DNA of 61,629 bases, the filler included. It is 5 parts of 5 records of this genome, joined end to end, with 100 filler letters (N's around TTAATTAATTAA, not from the genome) between each part and the next. Parts side by side here need not be neighbours in the genome. Positions count along the whole stretch, not along the records: positions 44,136 to 54,402 come from SRR31156797_421; positions 54,503 to 61,629 come from SRR31156797_432; 3 more parts are not named here. One strand, written 5' to 3'. Made by a program: the position numbers and the translations under genes. Of the stretch, positions 49,303 to 59,675 are shown piece by piece; position 1 is the first letter of the stretch, and the number at the start of each line of letters is the position of its first letter. Under the pieces are notes generated by a model, which saw only the letters and a list, made by a program, of their open reading frames with translations, ran no database searches and was not told where the DNA came from.

Positions 49303-49495
49303 AAATCTCGTTGCTCGGCTGCCGGTTCTTTGGGGTTCCTGCTTTACGATCATCAGACTAAAAACGCAAATCACCCGGCGCTTGCATTTATCCCGCACGT
49401 TGTGGGCTCCACCTTAACCTAACCCCCTTTTTGATTTGACAATATTGCAACCTGTTCATATTATGCCGTTCTGAATTTGGTTCAGGAGCGTTTTA

Positions 49496-50902
49496 ATGAA
49501 CGAAACAATCGAATATTTTCGTATAACCCCGGAAGGAACCTGCCTGGATGCTTTGGCCGCTTCCGAGATAGACGGATTATACCAGGTAAGCCGGGAAAAG
49601 ATTCACGGCCTGCTGGAACGGTGTGCATTGGCTGTTCTTAATTGCGGATCGGCAACGGATGATGTTAAAGCCATGCTGGCTAAATACAGTGACTTTCGAC
49701 TCGAAGTCATACGCACTCCCGCCGAGGTGGAGATTGAACTTCATAACGCGCCGGAAATAGCTTTTGTAACCTATGAATCCGAGGAAGACGACGGAATAGT
49801 AATTAAAAGGAAGATAATAGAAGGCATCCGCCAGCATATATTCGCTGTTCTTCGCGACCTGGTTTTTATCCAGAACGAAATAGACAGCGATGAAAAATTC
49901 GACCTGGAAACATCCAAGGGCATTACGGACTCGGTTTTTCTGATATTGCGTAATGCGGGTATATTTGAAAAAAAACAGCATCATAAAATAATAGTTTGCT
50001 GGGGCGGACACGCCATCAAAGAAGAGGAATACAAGTATTCCGCCGAAGTGGGCGCCCAGTGCGGCCTGCGCCTGATGGATGTTATCACGGGCTGCGGCGC
50101 CGGGGCCATGCGCGGGCCCATGGAAGGGGCGACCATTGCCCATGCCAAGCAGAGGATTAAAAACGGAAGATACGTAGGCATATCCGAACCGGGAATTATT
50201 TCATCGGAACCGCCCAATCCGATTGTCGATCCCCTGGTGATAATGCCTGATATAGAAAAAAGGCTGGAAGCTTTTATTCGCCTGGGACAGGGAATAATAG
50301 TTTTTGCCGGCGGCGTGGGCACGGCCGAGGAACTGATGTATATTCTGGGCGTGCTTTCCCACGAAAAGAACAGGGATGTCCCCTTTCCACTTATTTTGAC
50401 CGGACCTGAATCCAGCCGGGAGTATTTTGAAAGTCTCGACCTGTTTTTGGTCAACACTTTTGGCGAGAGCATCAGGGATAAATATAAAATTATTCTGGGC
50501 GAACCCGAGAAAGTCGCCCAGGAAATGAACAAAGGACTTTTGCAGGTAAAAGCTCATCGCGAAAAGATGGGCGATTCATATTATTTCAACCGGACCATCC
50601 ATATCCCTTTCAGCTATCAGCAGCCTTTTATTCCCAACCATGAAAATGTAAGCAAGCTGGAAGTGACAAACGGTCAAAACATTCAGGGATTTGCCGCCGC
50701 CCTGCGTTGCGTGTTTTCGGCCATAGTGGCCGGAAATGTGAAACCGGACGGCATCAAGGCGGTTGAAGATCATGGTCCTTTTAAAATCAACGGCGAAAAA
50801 AAGATAATGAAGGAAATAGACAAACTCCTGGCTTCATTTGTCCGGCAGGGCCGCATGCGATTGGAAGGGGAATATAAGCCCTGCTATACCATAGTTCATT
50901 GA
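49496..50902 (+). CDS. ppnN: Nucleotide 5'-monophosphate nucleosidase (LOG family)
   Basis: CALAVLNCGS..DD, HIFAVLRD, VCWGGH, TGCG.GAM.GPM.GA...HAKQR, EPPNPIV..LVIMPDIEKRLEAF.R, GGVGTAEE, GNVK, Y.PCY. Confidence 0.9.
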   Translation: MNETIEYFRITPEGTCLDALAASEIDGLYQVSREKIHGLLERCALAVLNCGSATDDVKAMLAKYSDFRLEVIRTPAEVEIELHNAPEIAFVTYESEEDDGIVIKRKIIEGIRQHIFAVLRDLVFIQNEIDSDEKFDLETSKGITDSVFLILRNAGIFEKKQHHKIIVCWGGHAIKEEEYKYSAEVGAQCGLRLMDVITGCGAGAMRGPMEGATIAHAKQRIKNGRYVGISEPGIISSEPPNPIVDPLVIMPDIEKRLEAFIRLGQGIIVFAGGVGTAEELMYILGVLSHEKNRDVPFPLILTGPESSREYFESLDLFLVNTFGESIRDKYKIILGEPEKVAQEMNKGLLQVKAHREKMGDSYYFNRTIHIPFSYQQPFIPNHENVSKLEVTNGQNIQGFAAALRCVFSAIVAGNVKPDGIKAVEDHGPFKINGEKKIMKEIDKLLASFVRQGRMRLEGEYKPCYTIVH

Positions 50903-51147
50903 GCGCGGCGGTCGGCCCGGGGGTGAACGGGAATAAAAGAACAACACACGGTTGACCGGACATTTAAGGTTGTGGTATCGGATGGTCATCTGTTTTATTA
51001 ATCCCCAATGGGGTTGAATTCCCCAACGCTTGATTCGCTTTTTATCGGTATTTTCCGGTGATGCGCCTCGGCTTGCCGGGGATTGTTCTTAACCCGGCGG
51101 GCGCCTGATTTCCCGCCGCCAGGAGTTCTTACTGGAGTTGAATCCGG

Positions 51148-52965
51148 ATGCTGAAAGACAGGACTGTAATACTGGTTTGCATGGCCCTGGCTGTTATGAC
51201 CTATGCCGTATACTGGCAGGTTTTGGATCATGATTTTGTAAATTTTGACGACCCCCATTACGTATATGAAAATCCGGTTGTCAAAAAAGGGCTGACAATT
51301 GAAGGTATAGGCTGGGCTTTCTCCAGCTTCCACAGGTCAAACTGGCACCCCCTCACCTGGATATCCCACATGGCGGATGTCCAGCTTTTCGGTCTGAACG
51401 CCGGCAAGCATCTGTTCGTCAATTTACTGTTCCATGTTGTCAACAGCATTGTTCTATTTTTACTCCTCATGCGAATGACCGGCGGGGTGTGGCAAAGCGC
51501 TTTTGTCGCGGCCCTGTTCGCACTACATCCTTTACATGTCGAATCCGCGGCCTGGGTTTCAGAGAGAAAGGACGTTCTGAGCACTTTTTTCTGGCTGGCG
51601 ACCATGTGGGCCTATGCCGTCTATGCGGAAAGGCCCAATAAAGTGCGATATGGGGCTGTCGTCGTATTGTTCATCCTCGGTTTGATGTCCAAGCCCATGC
51701 TGGTCACTTTGCCTTTCGTTCTTTTACTTATGGATTTCTGGCCCCTGCAAAGGCTGAATGCATCCTTGCCTGAAGAAAAGACCGCAAAGCCTGTAAAAAG
51801 TCCATTAGCCCTGGTTATTGAAAAAGCGCCATTGTTCGTCCTTGTGATAGTTTCCAGTGTAGTTACTTATCTGGCGCAGAATTACGGAGGCGCGGTCAGA
51901 ACCTTCGATCAGATGTCCCTGGGGGTCAGGGTTTCTAACGCCCTGGTCTCTTATGTCGTTTATATTTTCAAAATGGCCTGGCCCCATCCGCTGGCCGTTT
52001 ATTACCCGCACCCGGCCTCCTTGCCGCTCTGGCAGATTCTGGGAGCAGGGTTGATTCTGACCGCCGTAACCATTTTTCTATTTTACAGGGCCCGCAAGCT
52101 GCCTTTCGCCCTTGTCGGCTGGCTTTGGTTTTTGGGGACGCTGGTTCCGGTTATCGGACTGGTCCAGGTTGGCGGCCAGGCCTTGGCCGACCGGTACACT
52201 TACATCCCTTCAATCGGCTTGTTCATGGCTATTGCCTGGGGCGCGCCTCTATTGCTGTCGCGGTTTTCCAAGCAAAAACTCGTAGCAGCCATTGCCGCCG
52301 GTGCGGTTTTATCCATTTTTGCCGTGCTGACCTATAACCAGGTTGGATACTGGAAAAACGGCTTTACTCTATTTTTTCATGCAGCGGAAAAGACGGACGG
52401 GAACTGGCTGGCCAACTTCAATATCGGAAATGCATATTTACGAAGCCAGAAATACAATGAGGCGGCCGAACGTTATAAATTGACCCTAAAGTTTAAGCCG
52501 GACCATATCAAGGCCCATATTAACCTGGGCATGGCCATGCTGCGGCAGGGCAAGGAAGAAGAGGCTGTAAGGCTTTTTAAGGCAGCTCTAAAACTGGATA
52601 AAAATTCCGCCGAAGCCCATGGCAACCTGGGCATTGTCTATGCCCAAAAGGGGCGCCTGGACGAGGCCGAAAGTCATTTCAGGGAGGCGGTCAGGCTCGA
52701 GCCCGATAACGGTAAAGCCTATGCCAACCTGGGATCGCTGCTCTGGAACCAGGGGAGCAGGGAAGAAGCGCTTGAGATTTTTATAAAAGGGGTCAGGCTT
52801 GCTCCGGGCGACGCCAACACGCGGAACAACCTGGGCAACGCGCTATGGGCCATGGACAGGCTTGAAGAAGCCAAAGAACAGTTTACTGAGGCGTTGCGAA
52901 TCAATCCCGGTCATGGGCAGGCCAGGCGAAACCTGATAAATTTAAAAAAACAATTGGAATATTAG
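51148..52965 (+). CDS. TMTC-like membrane glycosyltransferase with C-terminal TPRs
   Basis: FVNFDD, NWHPLT, LFALHPLHVES.AW.SERKD, SKPM.VTLP, ADRYTY.P, multiple TPRs. Confidence 0.85.
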   Translation: MLKDRTVILVCMALAVMTYAVYWQVLDHDFVNFDDPHYVYENPVVKKGLTIEGIGWAFSSFHRSNWHPLTWISHMADVQLFGLNAGKHLFVNLLFHVVNSIVLFLLLMRMTGGVWQSAFVAALFALHPLHVESAAWVSERKDVLSTFFWLATMWAYAVYAERPNKVRYGAVVVLFILGLMSKPMLVTLPFVLLLMDFWPLQRLNASLPEEKTAKPVKSPLALVIEKAPLFVLVIVSSVVTYLAQNYGGAVRTFDQMSLGVRVSNALVSYVVYIFKMAWPHPLAVYYPHPASLPLWQILGAGLILTAVTIFLFYRARKLPFALVGWLWFLGTLVPVIGLVQVGGQALADRYTYIPSIGLFMAIAWGAPLLLSRFSKQKLVAAIAAGAVLSIFAVLTYNQVGYWKNGFTLFFHAAEKTDGNWLANFNIGNAYLRSQKYNEAAERYKLTLKFKPDHIKAHINLGMAMLRQGKEEEAVRLFKAALKLDKNSAEAHGNLGIVYAQKGRLDEAESHFREAVRLEPDNGKAYANLGSLLWNQGSREEALEIFIKGVRLAPGDANTRNNLGNALWAMDRLEEAKEQFTEALRINPGHGQARRNLINLKKQLEY

Positions 52966-52966
52966 T

Positions 52967-53719
52967 ATGTATAAAGGAAAAAAAGTCATCGTGACCATGC
53001 CGGCCTATAACGCCGCCAATACCCTTAAACAGACTTACGACGAGGTTATGGCCCAGGAAATAGTCGACCTGGTCATTCTGGTCGATGACTACAGCAAGGA
53101 TGAAACAGCCGCCCTGGCCGAATCGCTGCCCAATACCATTGTTTACAGGCATGAGAAAAACATGGGGTACGGGGCCAACCAGAAAAACTGCTACCGCCTG
53201 GCCCTGGAAAACGGCGGCGACATCATTATCATGGTCCATCCGGATTACCAGTACACTCCGAAACTCATACCGGCCATGGCCTCGATGATCGCCAACGGCC
53301 TGTACCACTGCGTTTTGGGTTCCAGGATTTTAGGCGGGTACGCCCTTAAAGGCGGCATGCCGGTTTGGAAATACGCGGCCAATCGTTTCCTGACGTTATT
53401 TGAAAACATCATGATCAGGGCCAAGCTTTCCGAATACCACACCGGGTACCGGGCTTTTTCCCGGGAATTGCTCGAAAGACTTACCCTTGAAACCAATTCC
53501 GATGATTTCGTATTCGACAACCAGATGCTGGCCCAGATTATATGGCACGGGTACACCGTGGCCGAGGTGAGTTGCCCGACCAAGTACTTCAGCGATGCTT
53601 CTTCCATTAACTTTGTCCGCAGCACCAAGTACGGTTTCGGATGCCTGGCCGTCAGCCTGGATTACCGGCTGGCCAAAATGAATTTAAGAAAATCCCGCCT
53701 CTTCCCTTTATTGGATTGA
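52967..53719 (+). CDS. Glycosyltransferase family 2 (polyprenol-phosphate glycosyltransferase-like)
   Basis: MPAYNA, VDDYSKD, NMGYGANQK, HPDYQY, GSR, TGYRAF. Confidence 0.9.
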   Translation: MYKGKKVIVTMPAYNAANTLKQTYDEVMAQEIVDLVILVDDYSKDETAALAESLPNTIVYRHEKNMGYGANQKNCYRLALENGGDIIIMVHPDYQYTPKLIPAMASMIANGLYHCVLGSRILGGYALKGGMPVWKYAANRFLTLFENIMIRAKLSEYHTGYRAFSRELLERLTLETNSDDFVFDNQMLAQIIWHGYTVAEVSCPTKYFSDASSINFVRSTKYGFGCLAVSLDYRLAKMNLRKSRLFPLLD

Positions 53720-54402
53720 CGCCGCCGGGGCGGCGGAATAGAGGGGAATCCTGCCCAATTACTGAGTGACTCTAATCTTTTATTCGATTCATTTTGGGCG
53801 GAGCCGAATATGATCGACCGAAGGTCCAATGAAGCGGGTTTGGCGCCCCGCAGCTTGTTGCGATTTATATGCATGCAATAATGCAGTTGAAGACGATGCA
53901 GCATCCCTATCAGCTGCGTATATATTTAGCAACTAGTTGCACTCTTGGTGGTCTGATGATTTGAGTAGAAATGATCGGGCTCTCTGCACTCTGATCGGAA
54001 ACCGGCAGCAGGAAGACGATCACAAAATATGGGATGGCCGGGACGGCCTCCAAGGGCGGCCAGTGAAACGTGTAGTATATAACCTTGAATCGGGCTTTTT
54101 TTCAGGTTTCTGGAGAAAATCGTAGGATGCTAACAGAAAGCCCTGTTCAACATATGATATGCAAATCTTGAATGTTGAAGTCCAGGAAATGATACACGCA
54201 ATCAATCGTAAGATGTAATTTTTAGATTTGCAATGAATCTCATTTACAATTATAAAGCATATTCTTTAGTTCCATTTTCATTATTTGGAAGACAAGCAAT
54301 GACATAGTCTTTGGTTGTTGGACGTGATTTCTGATGGTTTACTGTTCAGCAGGAGTGCCTATCCTCTCAATAATTATTTAACTGAAAAGCCTTTTTGCTG
54401 CA

Positions 54403-54502
54403 NNNNNNNNNNNNNNNNNNNNNNNNNNNNNNNNNNNNNNNNNNNNTTAATTAATTAANNNNNNNNNNNNNNNNNNNNNNNNNNNNNNNNNNNNNNNNNN
54501 NN
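54403..54502. other. Artificial contig spacer
   Basis: N44-TTAATTAATTAA-N44. Confidence 0.99.
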
Positions 54503-55158
54503 AAGGGCCTTTTACCGTAATAATCCGTAAATGGCTTTAATAAGATGCTCCTATCAAGAAATTGTTTTTCCACCTGAAACGGCCCGCTGCCTATGTACTT
54601 TTTATCTGAATTCTTTTTCCCGGGCGCCGGCCGTGGAACAACAACTCCTTCCACGGCTAGCTGAAATAAAAAATATGGAGCCCGCCTTTTCAGGCGAATT
54701 TTCAGGTGATGAGATGAAACGACTTTAATTTTATCCAGGGCGCCCCTAAGGACAACATTATATTCAAAAAGTTTTTCCAGGGAATAGGCGACATCATCGG
54801 CTGTAACAGGCCGGCCGTCATGAAACCGGGCATTACTGCGTATATAAAAATCCCAGTTCAGCTCATCTTTATCAGACCGCCAATCCGCGGCTAAATCAGG
54901 TATAAAGCCTCCTCCCGGTTTAGGGATTACTAAAAAGCTGTAAATAAATGGAATAATATCATTTGAGCTGCCATACAGGGATTCATATGGATCGAGCGAG
55001 GTAAAGGGCATGGAAAATTCCAGCTTCAACACGCCGCCGTTTTGCCGCAACGGCTTCTTTTCTTGCGCTGAATCCCAAAACAAGGCCGCGGCGGGCAATA
55101 AGGATATTATCAGGGCGGCGCCGAGAGCGGCCGGTATGGAATACTTCCTTATCTTCAA
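54503..55158 (-). CDS. Family 5 (peptide/nickel) substrate-binding domain protein, cut by contig end
   Basis: GGVLK, SLDP, PDLAADW, FHDGRPVTADDV.YS, IGSGPF. Confidence 0.85.
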
Positions 55159-56837
55159 AACCGAATGTTCCTTTTCCTATCTTCCAATGAAACCGGGGAA
55201 TCCTGGACCAGAGTGTACCTGGCCGCCTGGGAAGAGCGGCCGTTATGTTTCAGCAGGCCCTTGTCGCTCATGGCCGATAACAATTGTCGGGCCAATTTAT
55301 CGCGGCGGACCTCTCCCGGAGGGGTGATAAATTCGGCAAAATCCCTTGGCGGGAAAGGTCGCCCCGAGGTTTCATCAAAAAAGCGAACTATCTGATCGAG
55401 CGGGACGCTTTTCCCCAAGCGGCGTTTATTTCCCCGAGGTCCGGCAGGCAAGGCCAATGCGTCGGCCGCCATTTTTTTAAGTCGGTTGAAATTGTTTTTA
55501 GCGCTCGCTTCAACATGACCTTCAATCGACCTTCCTCCGGTTATCTCCGGCGGAAGATGTTCTTCCCGTATCAGCCCTTCCCCGGCCAATATCACCGCTC
55601 TCTGGATGGTATTTTCCAATTCTCTTATATTCCCGGGCCACGGATAGGCTTTTAAACACCTTCGAGCCGTCTCACTCAATCCAATCGCCCTGGTTCGATT
55701 TTTCTTATTATATAAATCAATAAAATGACCGGCCAGCAAATCGATGTCTTCTTTTCTGGTTCTTAGCGCGGGAATCTCAAAACGAAATACATTCAACCGG
55801 TAATAAAGATCTTGCCTGAATTTCCCTTCCTCCCTGGCTTTTTCCAGGTCGCTGTTGGTGGCGGCTATAATACGTACGTTCACCCTGGAAGGCTTAACCG
55901 CTCCCAGCGGAGTCACACAATGGTCCTGAAGGAATCTGAGCAGCTTCACCTGAATGGAAGTGGATATATCTCCGATCTCGTCAAGAAAAAGCGTGCCGCC
56001 TTCGGCTTGGGTGGTCAGGCCCGGCTTATCATGTAAAGCGCCTGAAAAAGCCCCTTTTTTATATCCAAACAGTTCGCTTTCAAGCAGGTTTTCTGGCACG
56101 GCGCCGCAGTTCAAGGGCGCAAAAGGGCCGGAACTACGAAAACTAAGAGCATGAATGCGCCGGGCTATAACTTCCTTGCCCACGCCGCTTTCTCCAGTCA
56201 ATAACACCGGGGCTTCAGAACGTGCGGCTCTGGCGATTTCGCCTAACAGCCTGTTAAACAAAGGGCTTTTGCTTTTAAGGAAATTTCCAGGTTCCCTGTT
56301 ATAATCCGACAACCGCGTGCTAGAACCGCCCGCCTGTCTCAAGAAGTCGGTTTCTTCCTTCAATTCGCGACAGATCCTTTGCAGGCGTTTATAACCCGCC
56401 CCGCGTCGATCCAGTTCCGGAAAATATTTGTCGATAAAACCGGCCAGGGCCTGGTCGCAAAAACGTTCCTTGATTTCCAGGGTGTTGTCGTAATGATGAA
56501 GGCCCAGAAACTCTATGAACAGAGCGTCTATCACGGCCGGCAAAACCCGGTTTGACAAGGCGCCGCCATTCAAACCGATTTTCAAGTACTCGGTTTCGTC
56601 AGGTATGGCCATAGCCGCCGCGGCAGCATTAAGATCGTGGAAATAATATGTAAGCCCCTTAAATCGGGCATGAAATCTCGAGGTAAGCGCAGGGCGCACT
56701 TCTTTCAATATTTCATATGAATAGTACATTGCTCCTCGGAGCAAAACGTTATCAAAGGGATCATCGGTCATTGTTAATTCGTTCGGCTCGTCCTTGTGCA
56801 TTACTACATTTTTCACCTTTCCTATTATATAGTTCAT
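55155..56837 (-). CDS. Sigma54-interacting AAA+ transcriptional activator with atypical N- and C-terminal domains
   Basis: GESGVGKE, NCGA, ESELFGY, GAFSGA, GTLFLDEIG, RIIAATN, DLYYRL, WPGNIREL. Confidence 0.9.
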   Translation of the reverse strand: MNYIIGKVKNVVMHKDEPNELTMTDDPFDNVLLRGAMYYSYEILKEVRPALTSRFHARFKGLTYYFHDLNAAAAAMAIPDETEYLKIGLNGGALSNRVLPAVIDALFIEFLGLHHYDNTLEIKERFCDQALAGFIDKYFPELDRRGAGYKRLQRICRELKEETDFLRQAGGSSTRLSDYNREPGNFLKSKSPLFNRLLGEIARAARSEAPVLLTGESGVGKEVIARRIHALSFRSSGPFAPLNCGAVPENLLESELFGYKKGAFSGALHDKPGLTTQAEGGTLFLDEIGDISTSIQVKLLRFLQDHCVTPLGAVKPSRVNVRIIAATNSDLEKAREEGKFRQDLYYRLNVFRFEIPALRTRKEDIDLLAGHFIDLYNKKNRTRAIGLSETARRCLKAYPWPGNIRELENTIQRAVILAGEGLIREEHLPPEITGGRSIEGHVEASAKNNFNRLKKMAADALALPAGPRGNKRRLGKSVPLDQIVRFFDETSGRPFPPRDFAEFITPPGEVRRDKLARQLLSAMSDKGLLKHNGRSSQAARYTLVQDSPVSLEDRKRNIRF

Positions 56838-57112
56838 ATTAAATAGAAAAGCGATATGGAATCTTGAGGATATTTAATACATGAACTGACAATATTGCAG
56901 TGATAATTGTAAGACGTCAAAGAATTAACTGGTTACCATTGAAAAAGAGCTATTAATAATTGATATTTAGATTATATTTCCGGTAAATTGAATATTGGTC
57001 AGGAATATCAAGCCTTTCTATCCAAGCCCTAAGTCTGCTCAACCGGTAAATTGTGCGGCCGGATAATTAAAAACACACAAATCGCAGCGCCTGCTGCAAA
57101 ATTAGGCACGAC

Positions 57113-58399
57113 ATGGAAAAAAGCCTATTTGACAACGCCGGACTTGATAACGCGGCCCTCTGCCTTCAAGACATTCTGGACAGTGTTGACGACGGCATCT
57201 GGATTGTTGACGTAGATCATAGTGTTCAGATTATCAACGTCCGCGCCCAGAAGTTCTTTCAGGATTATATAGGCGTCGCTATTAAGCCAGGGATGAAGCC
57301 CCATGATGTCGCGAGCGATAAGGAAGCCAATTCCTGGGTTGAAATGTATGACCGTGTACTGGCCGGAGAAATTATTGAATTTGAAGATACAATCCTTGAC
57401 GGCCGCTGCAACTGGGTAAAGCTGCAGCCTGTGAAAGAAAATGGTCGGATAATCGGGATTTCCGTTTTTGTCAGGGAAATCACCGAGCGCAAAAAGTTAG
57501 AGGGCAAGCTTGCCGAAAGCGAAAAGCATTACCGAATCGTGGCCAATCACACCGCGGATTGGGAGTGGTGGATTACACCTGAGGGAAGGTTTCTATATGT
57601 ATCCCCCGCTTGTGAAAAGATAACAGGATACATGGTGGAGGAATTCATCAAGGACCCGCAACTCGTGGATAAGATCATCCACCCCAAGGACTCTTATTCC
57701 ATTTCTTCAATAATGAATGTGGCTGAATCTCCGGAGCATATCGAGGAATACAGGATAATTCACCGAAATGGAACTGTTGTATGGATCGAGCATAAATGCA
57801 AAGCCGTATACGACGAAGAAGGCTTGTGGCTTGGCCGCAGGGCCTCCAACCGCGACATAACCAAGCGCAAAGAGATGGAGCAGGAACTGGTCAGGTTGGC
57901 TTCCACTGATTCTCTTACCGGTATAGCCAACCGCAGGAGTTTTCTGGAACTGGCAGCTAAGGAATTTACCCGGGCCAAGCGTTACAACCGGTTTCTTTCT
58001 ATCCTCATTCTCGATATTGACCACTTTAAGTCTGTTAACGATACATACGGCCACGACGCCGGCGATGTAGTGTTAAAAGAGTTTGTTGGAATTGCTGCGA
58101 GGAGTTTGCGCAGCCAGGACCTCATTGGGCGACTCGGAGGCGAGGAGTTTGGAGTACTATTGCCTGAAACAAATACCTTTGAAGCCGTATATACGGCCGA
58201 ACGCATCCGTAAAAAAATCGCAGAGGAACCCGTGGCGGCATGCGGCCATACTTTGCCCATAACAGTTAGTATCGGCGTCGCGCAAATGCAGGAAACAGAT
58301 AAGGATATCAGCTCAATTATCAAATCTGCGGATCAGGCCCTTTACCATGCCAAACAAAACGGCCGTAACAGGGTCAGTACTTATCAGGAAATATCTTAA
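57113..58399 (+). CDS. PAS-PAS-GGDEF diguanylate cyclase
   Basis: Two PAS/PAC domains (REITERK, RDITKRK); TDSLTG..NRR, DIDHFK.VND.YGH..GD, RSQD I-site, GGEEF. Confidence 0.93.
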   Translation: MEKSLFDNAGLDNAALCLQDILDSVDDGIWIVDVDHSVQIINVRAQKFFQDYIGVAIKPGMKPHDVASDKEANSWVEMYDRVLAGEIIEFEDTILDGRCNWVKLQPVKENGRIIGISVFVREITERKKLEGKLAESEKHYRIVANHTADWEWWITPEGRFLYVSPACEKITGYMVEEFIKDPQLVDKIIHPKDSYSISSIMNVAESPEHIEEYRIIHRNGTVVWIEHKCKAVYDEEGLWLGRRASNRDITKRKEMEQELVRLASTDSLTGIANRRSFLELAAKEFTRAKRYNRFLSILILDIDHFKSVNDTYGHDAGDVVLKEFVGIAARSLRSQDLIGRLGGEEFGVLLPETNTFEAVYTAERIRKKIAEEPVAACGHTLPITVSIGVAQMQETDKDISSIIKSADQALYHAKQNGRNRVSTYQEIS

Positions 58400-58535
58400 A
58401 CGATTCAATATATGTCGGATAAATCAATCAACGGCTCCTTGCAAACAATCCACACCCTAAGGGTTTGGATTATTTACTCAAATCCGGTTTGGCGGCAAGG
58501 TTAGCAGTGAGCGGCGTAGCTGCTCGCTTCAAACG

Positions 58536-59474
58536 CTACCGAATGGCGTCCGCATCCAATTTTTGTTTCCATGCTTCAATCTGTTCGCAGGTTACTCCCA
58601 CGCCGCCGCAAACGATTACCAAAATATTCTCTTTGTCCTTTAAAACATCCACCGGATTATAAAGCGTTGACAGCGAAGCCCCGCATGCGGGTTCGACCAA
58701 CAAGCGATGATCAATGGAAAACTGCCTGCAGGCGTCAACTGCATCCTTGTCGGAAACAACGCAGCTTATAATTTCATGTTTGTGGAGCCAACCATAAGCC
58801 GCGGCTGCGATTTTCTTGGCGCCCAGGGATGTGGCAATGCTTTTAATATCCTCCAATTCAACATGCCGCCCTGATTTCATGGATGCGGACAGAGAATCGG
58901 CGCCGGCGGTTTCAACAGCAAGAATCGGCGCATCAGCCATCTTGTGCTTACGCAGGCCTTCAATAACACCGCACAAAAGGCCGCCTCCGCCAACAGACAG
59001 GACTGTAATATCAGGATAGACGCCTGATTTTATTACTTCATCCATAATAGTTGAATGTCCGGTCCATATCAGCGGATCGTCAAATGGGTGGATATGGACG
59101 CTCTTTGTGTCCATCAGGGATAATGAATGATTGTGCGCTTCCTGCCAGGTTTTACCTTTGATGACGACTTCGGCGTTTTCCTGCCTTATAGCTTCAATAG
59201 CCCTTTTAGTTGTCGATTCCGGTACTACCACTGTTACCGGCATCCCGAGTTTTCTGCCCGAATAGGCTACGGCGATCCCGGCATTGCCGCCTGAAGAACT
59301 GATAAACCTCTCAGCCCCGTCTGATAAATGTTTTTGACATGCATTTCCAATCCCTCTCAACTTGAATGAACCCGACGGCTGCAAGGCTTCCATTTTTAGC
59401 CATACTTTACCTTTGACCCTATTTGATAATGGAATCGATTCAATCAATGGCGTCTCAATGTGTAATTTTTGCAT
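58536..59474 (-). CDS. PLP-dependent L-serine/threonine ammonia-lyase (fold type II)
   Basis: LKME.LQPSGSFKLRG, SSGGNAG, HPFD, SVGGGGL, EPACGA, VCGG. Confidence 0.88.
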   Translation of the reverse strand: MQKLHIETPLIESIPLSNRVKGKVWLKMEALQPSGSFKLRGIGNACQKHLSDGAERFISSSGGNAGIAVAYSGRKLGMPVTVVVPESTTKRAIEAIRQENAEVVIKGKTWQEAHNHSLSLMDTKSVHIHPFDDPLIWTGHSTIMDEVIKSGVYPDITVLSVGGGGLLCGVIEGLRKHKMADAPILAVETAGADSLSASMKSGRHVELEDIKSIATSLGAKKIAAAAYGWLHKHEIISCVVSDKDAVDACRQFSIDHRLLVEPACGASLSTLYNPVDVLKDKENILVIVCGGVGVTCEQIEAWKQKLDADAIR

Positions 59475-59675
59475 ATTCATTTCCCACAAAAGATAGTCAG
59501 GCCAAAGACTATCACTTAATCGCCGCGTTTAGAACTCTTCTTATATAAATTATGGACATCAAAGATATTTAAAACCAGGAGATATTTTGCCGCAATGCGC
59601 AGCCCGCCGGAAATGAGGAATGATTGCCTTGAGCAAGGCGGTTAAACCTGGTTGGCGCCTTTAAGCTGCCCGGAT

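Noticed and set aside
53850-53940. Weak inverted repeat in the long non-coding tail of contig 4
   Set aside because: The arms match poorly; I cannot support an ncRNA or element call.
58480-58540. attC-like hairpin after the serine dehydratase gene
   Set aside because: Short imperfect stem without properly placed R/L boxes; more likely a terminator-type structure.
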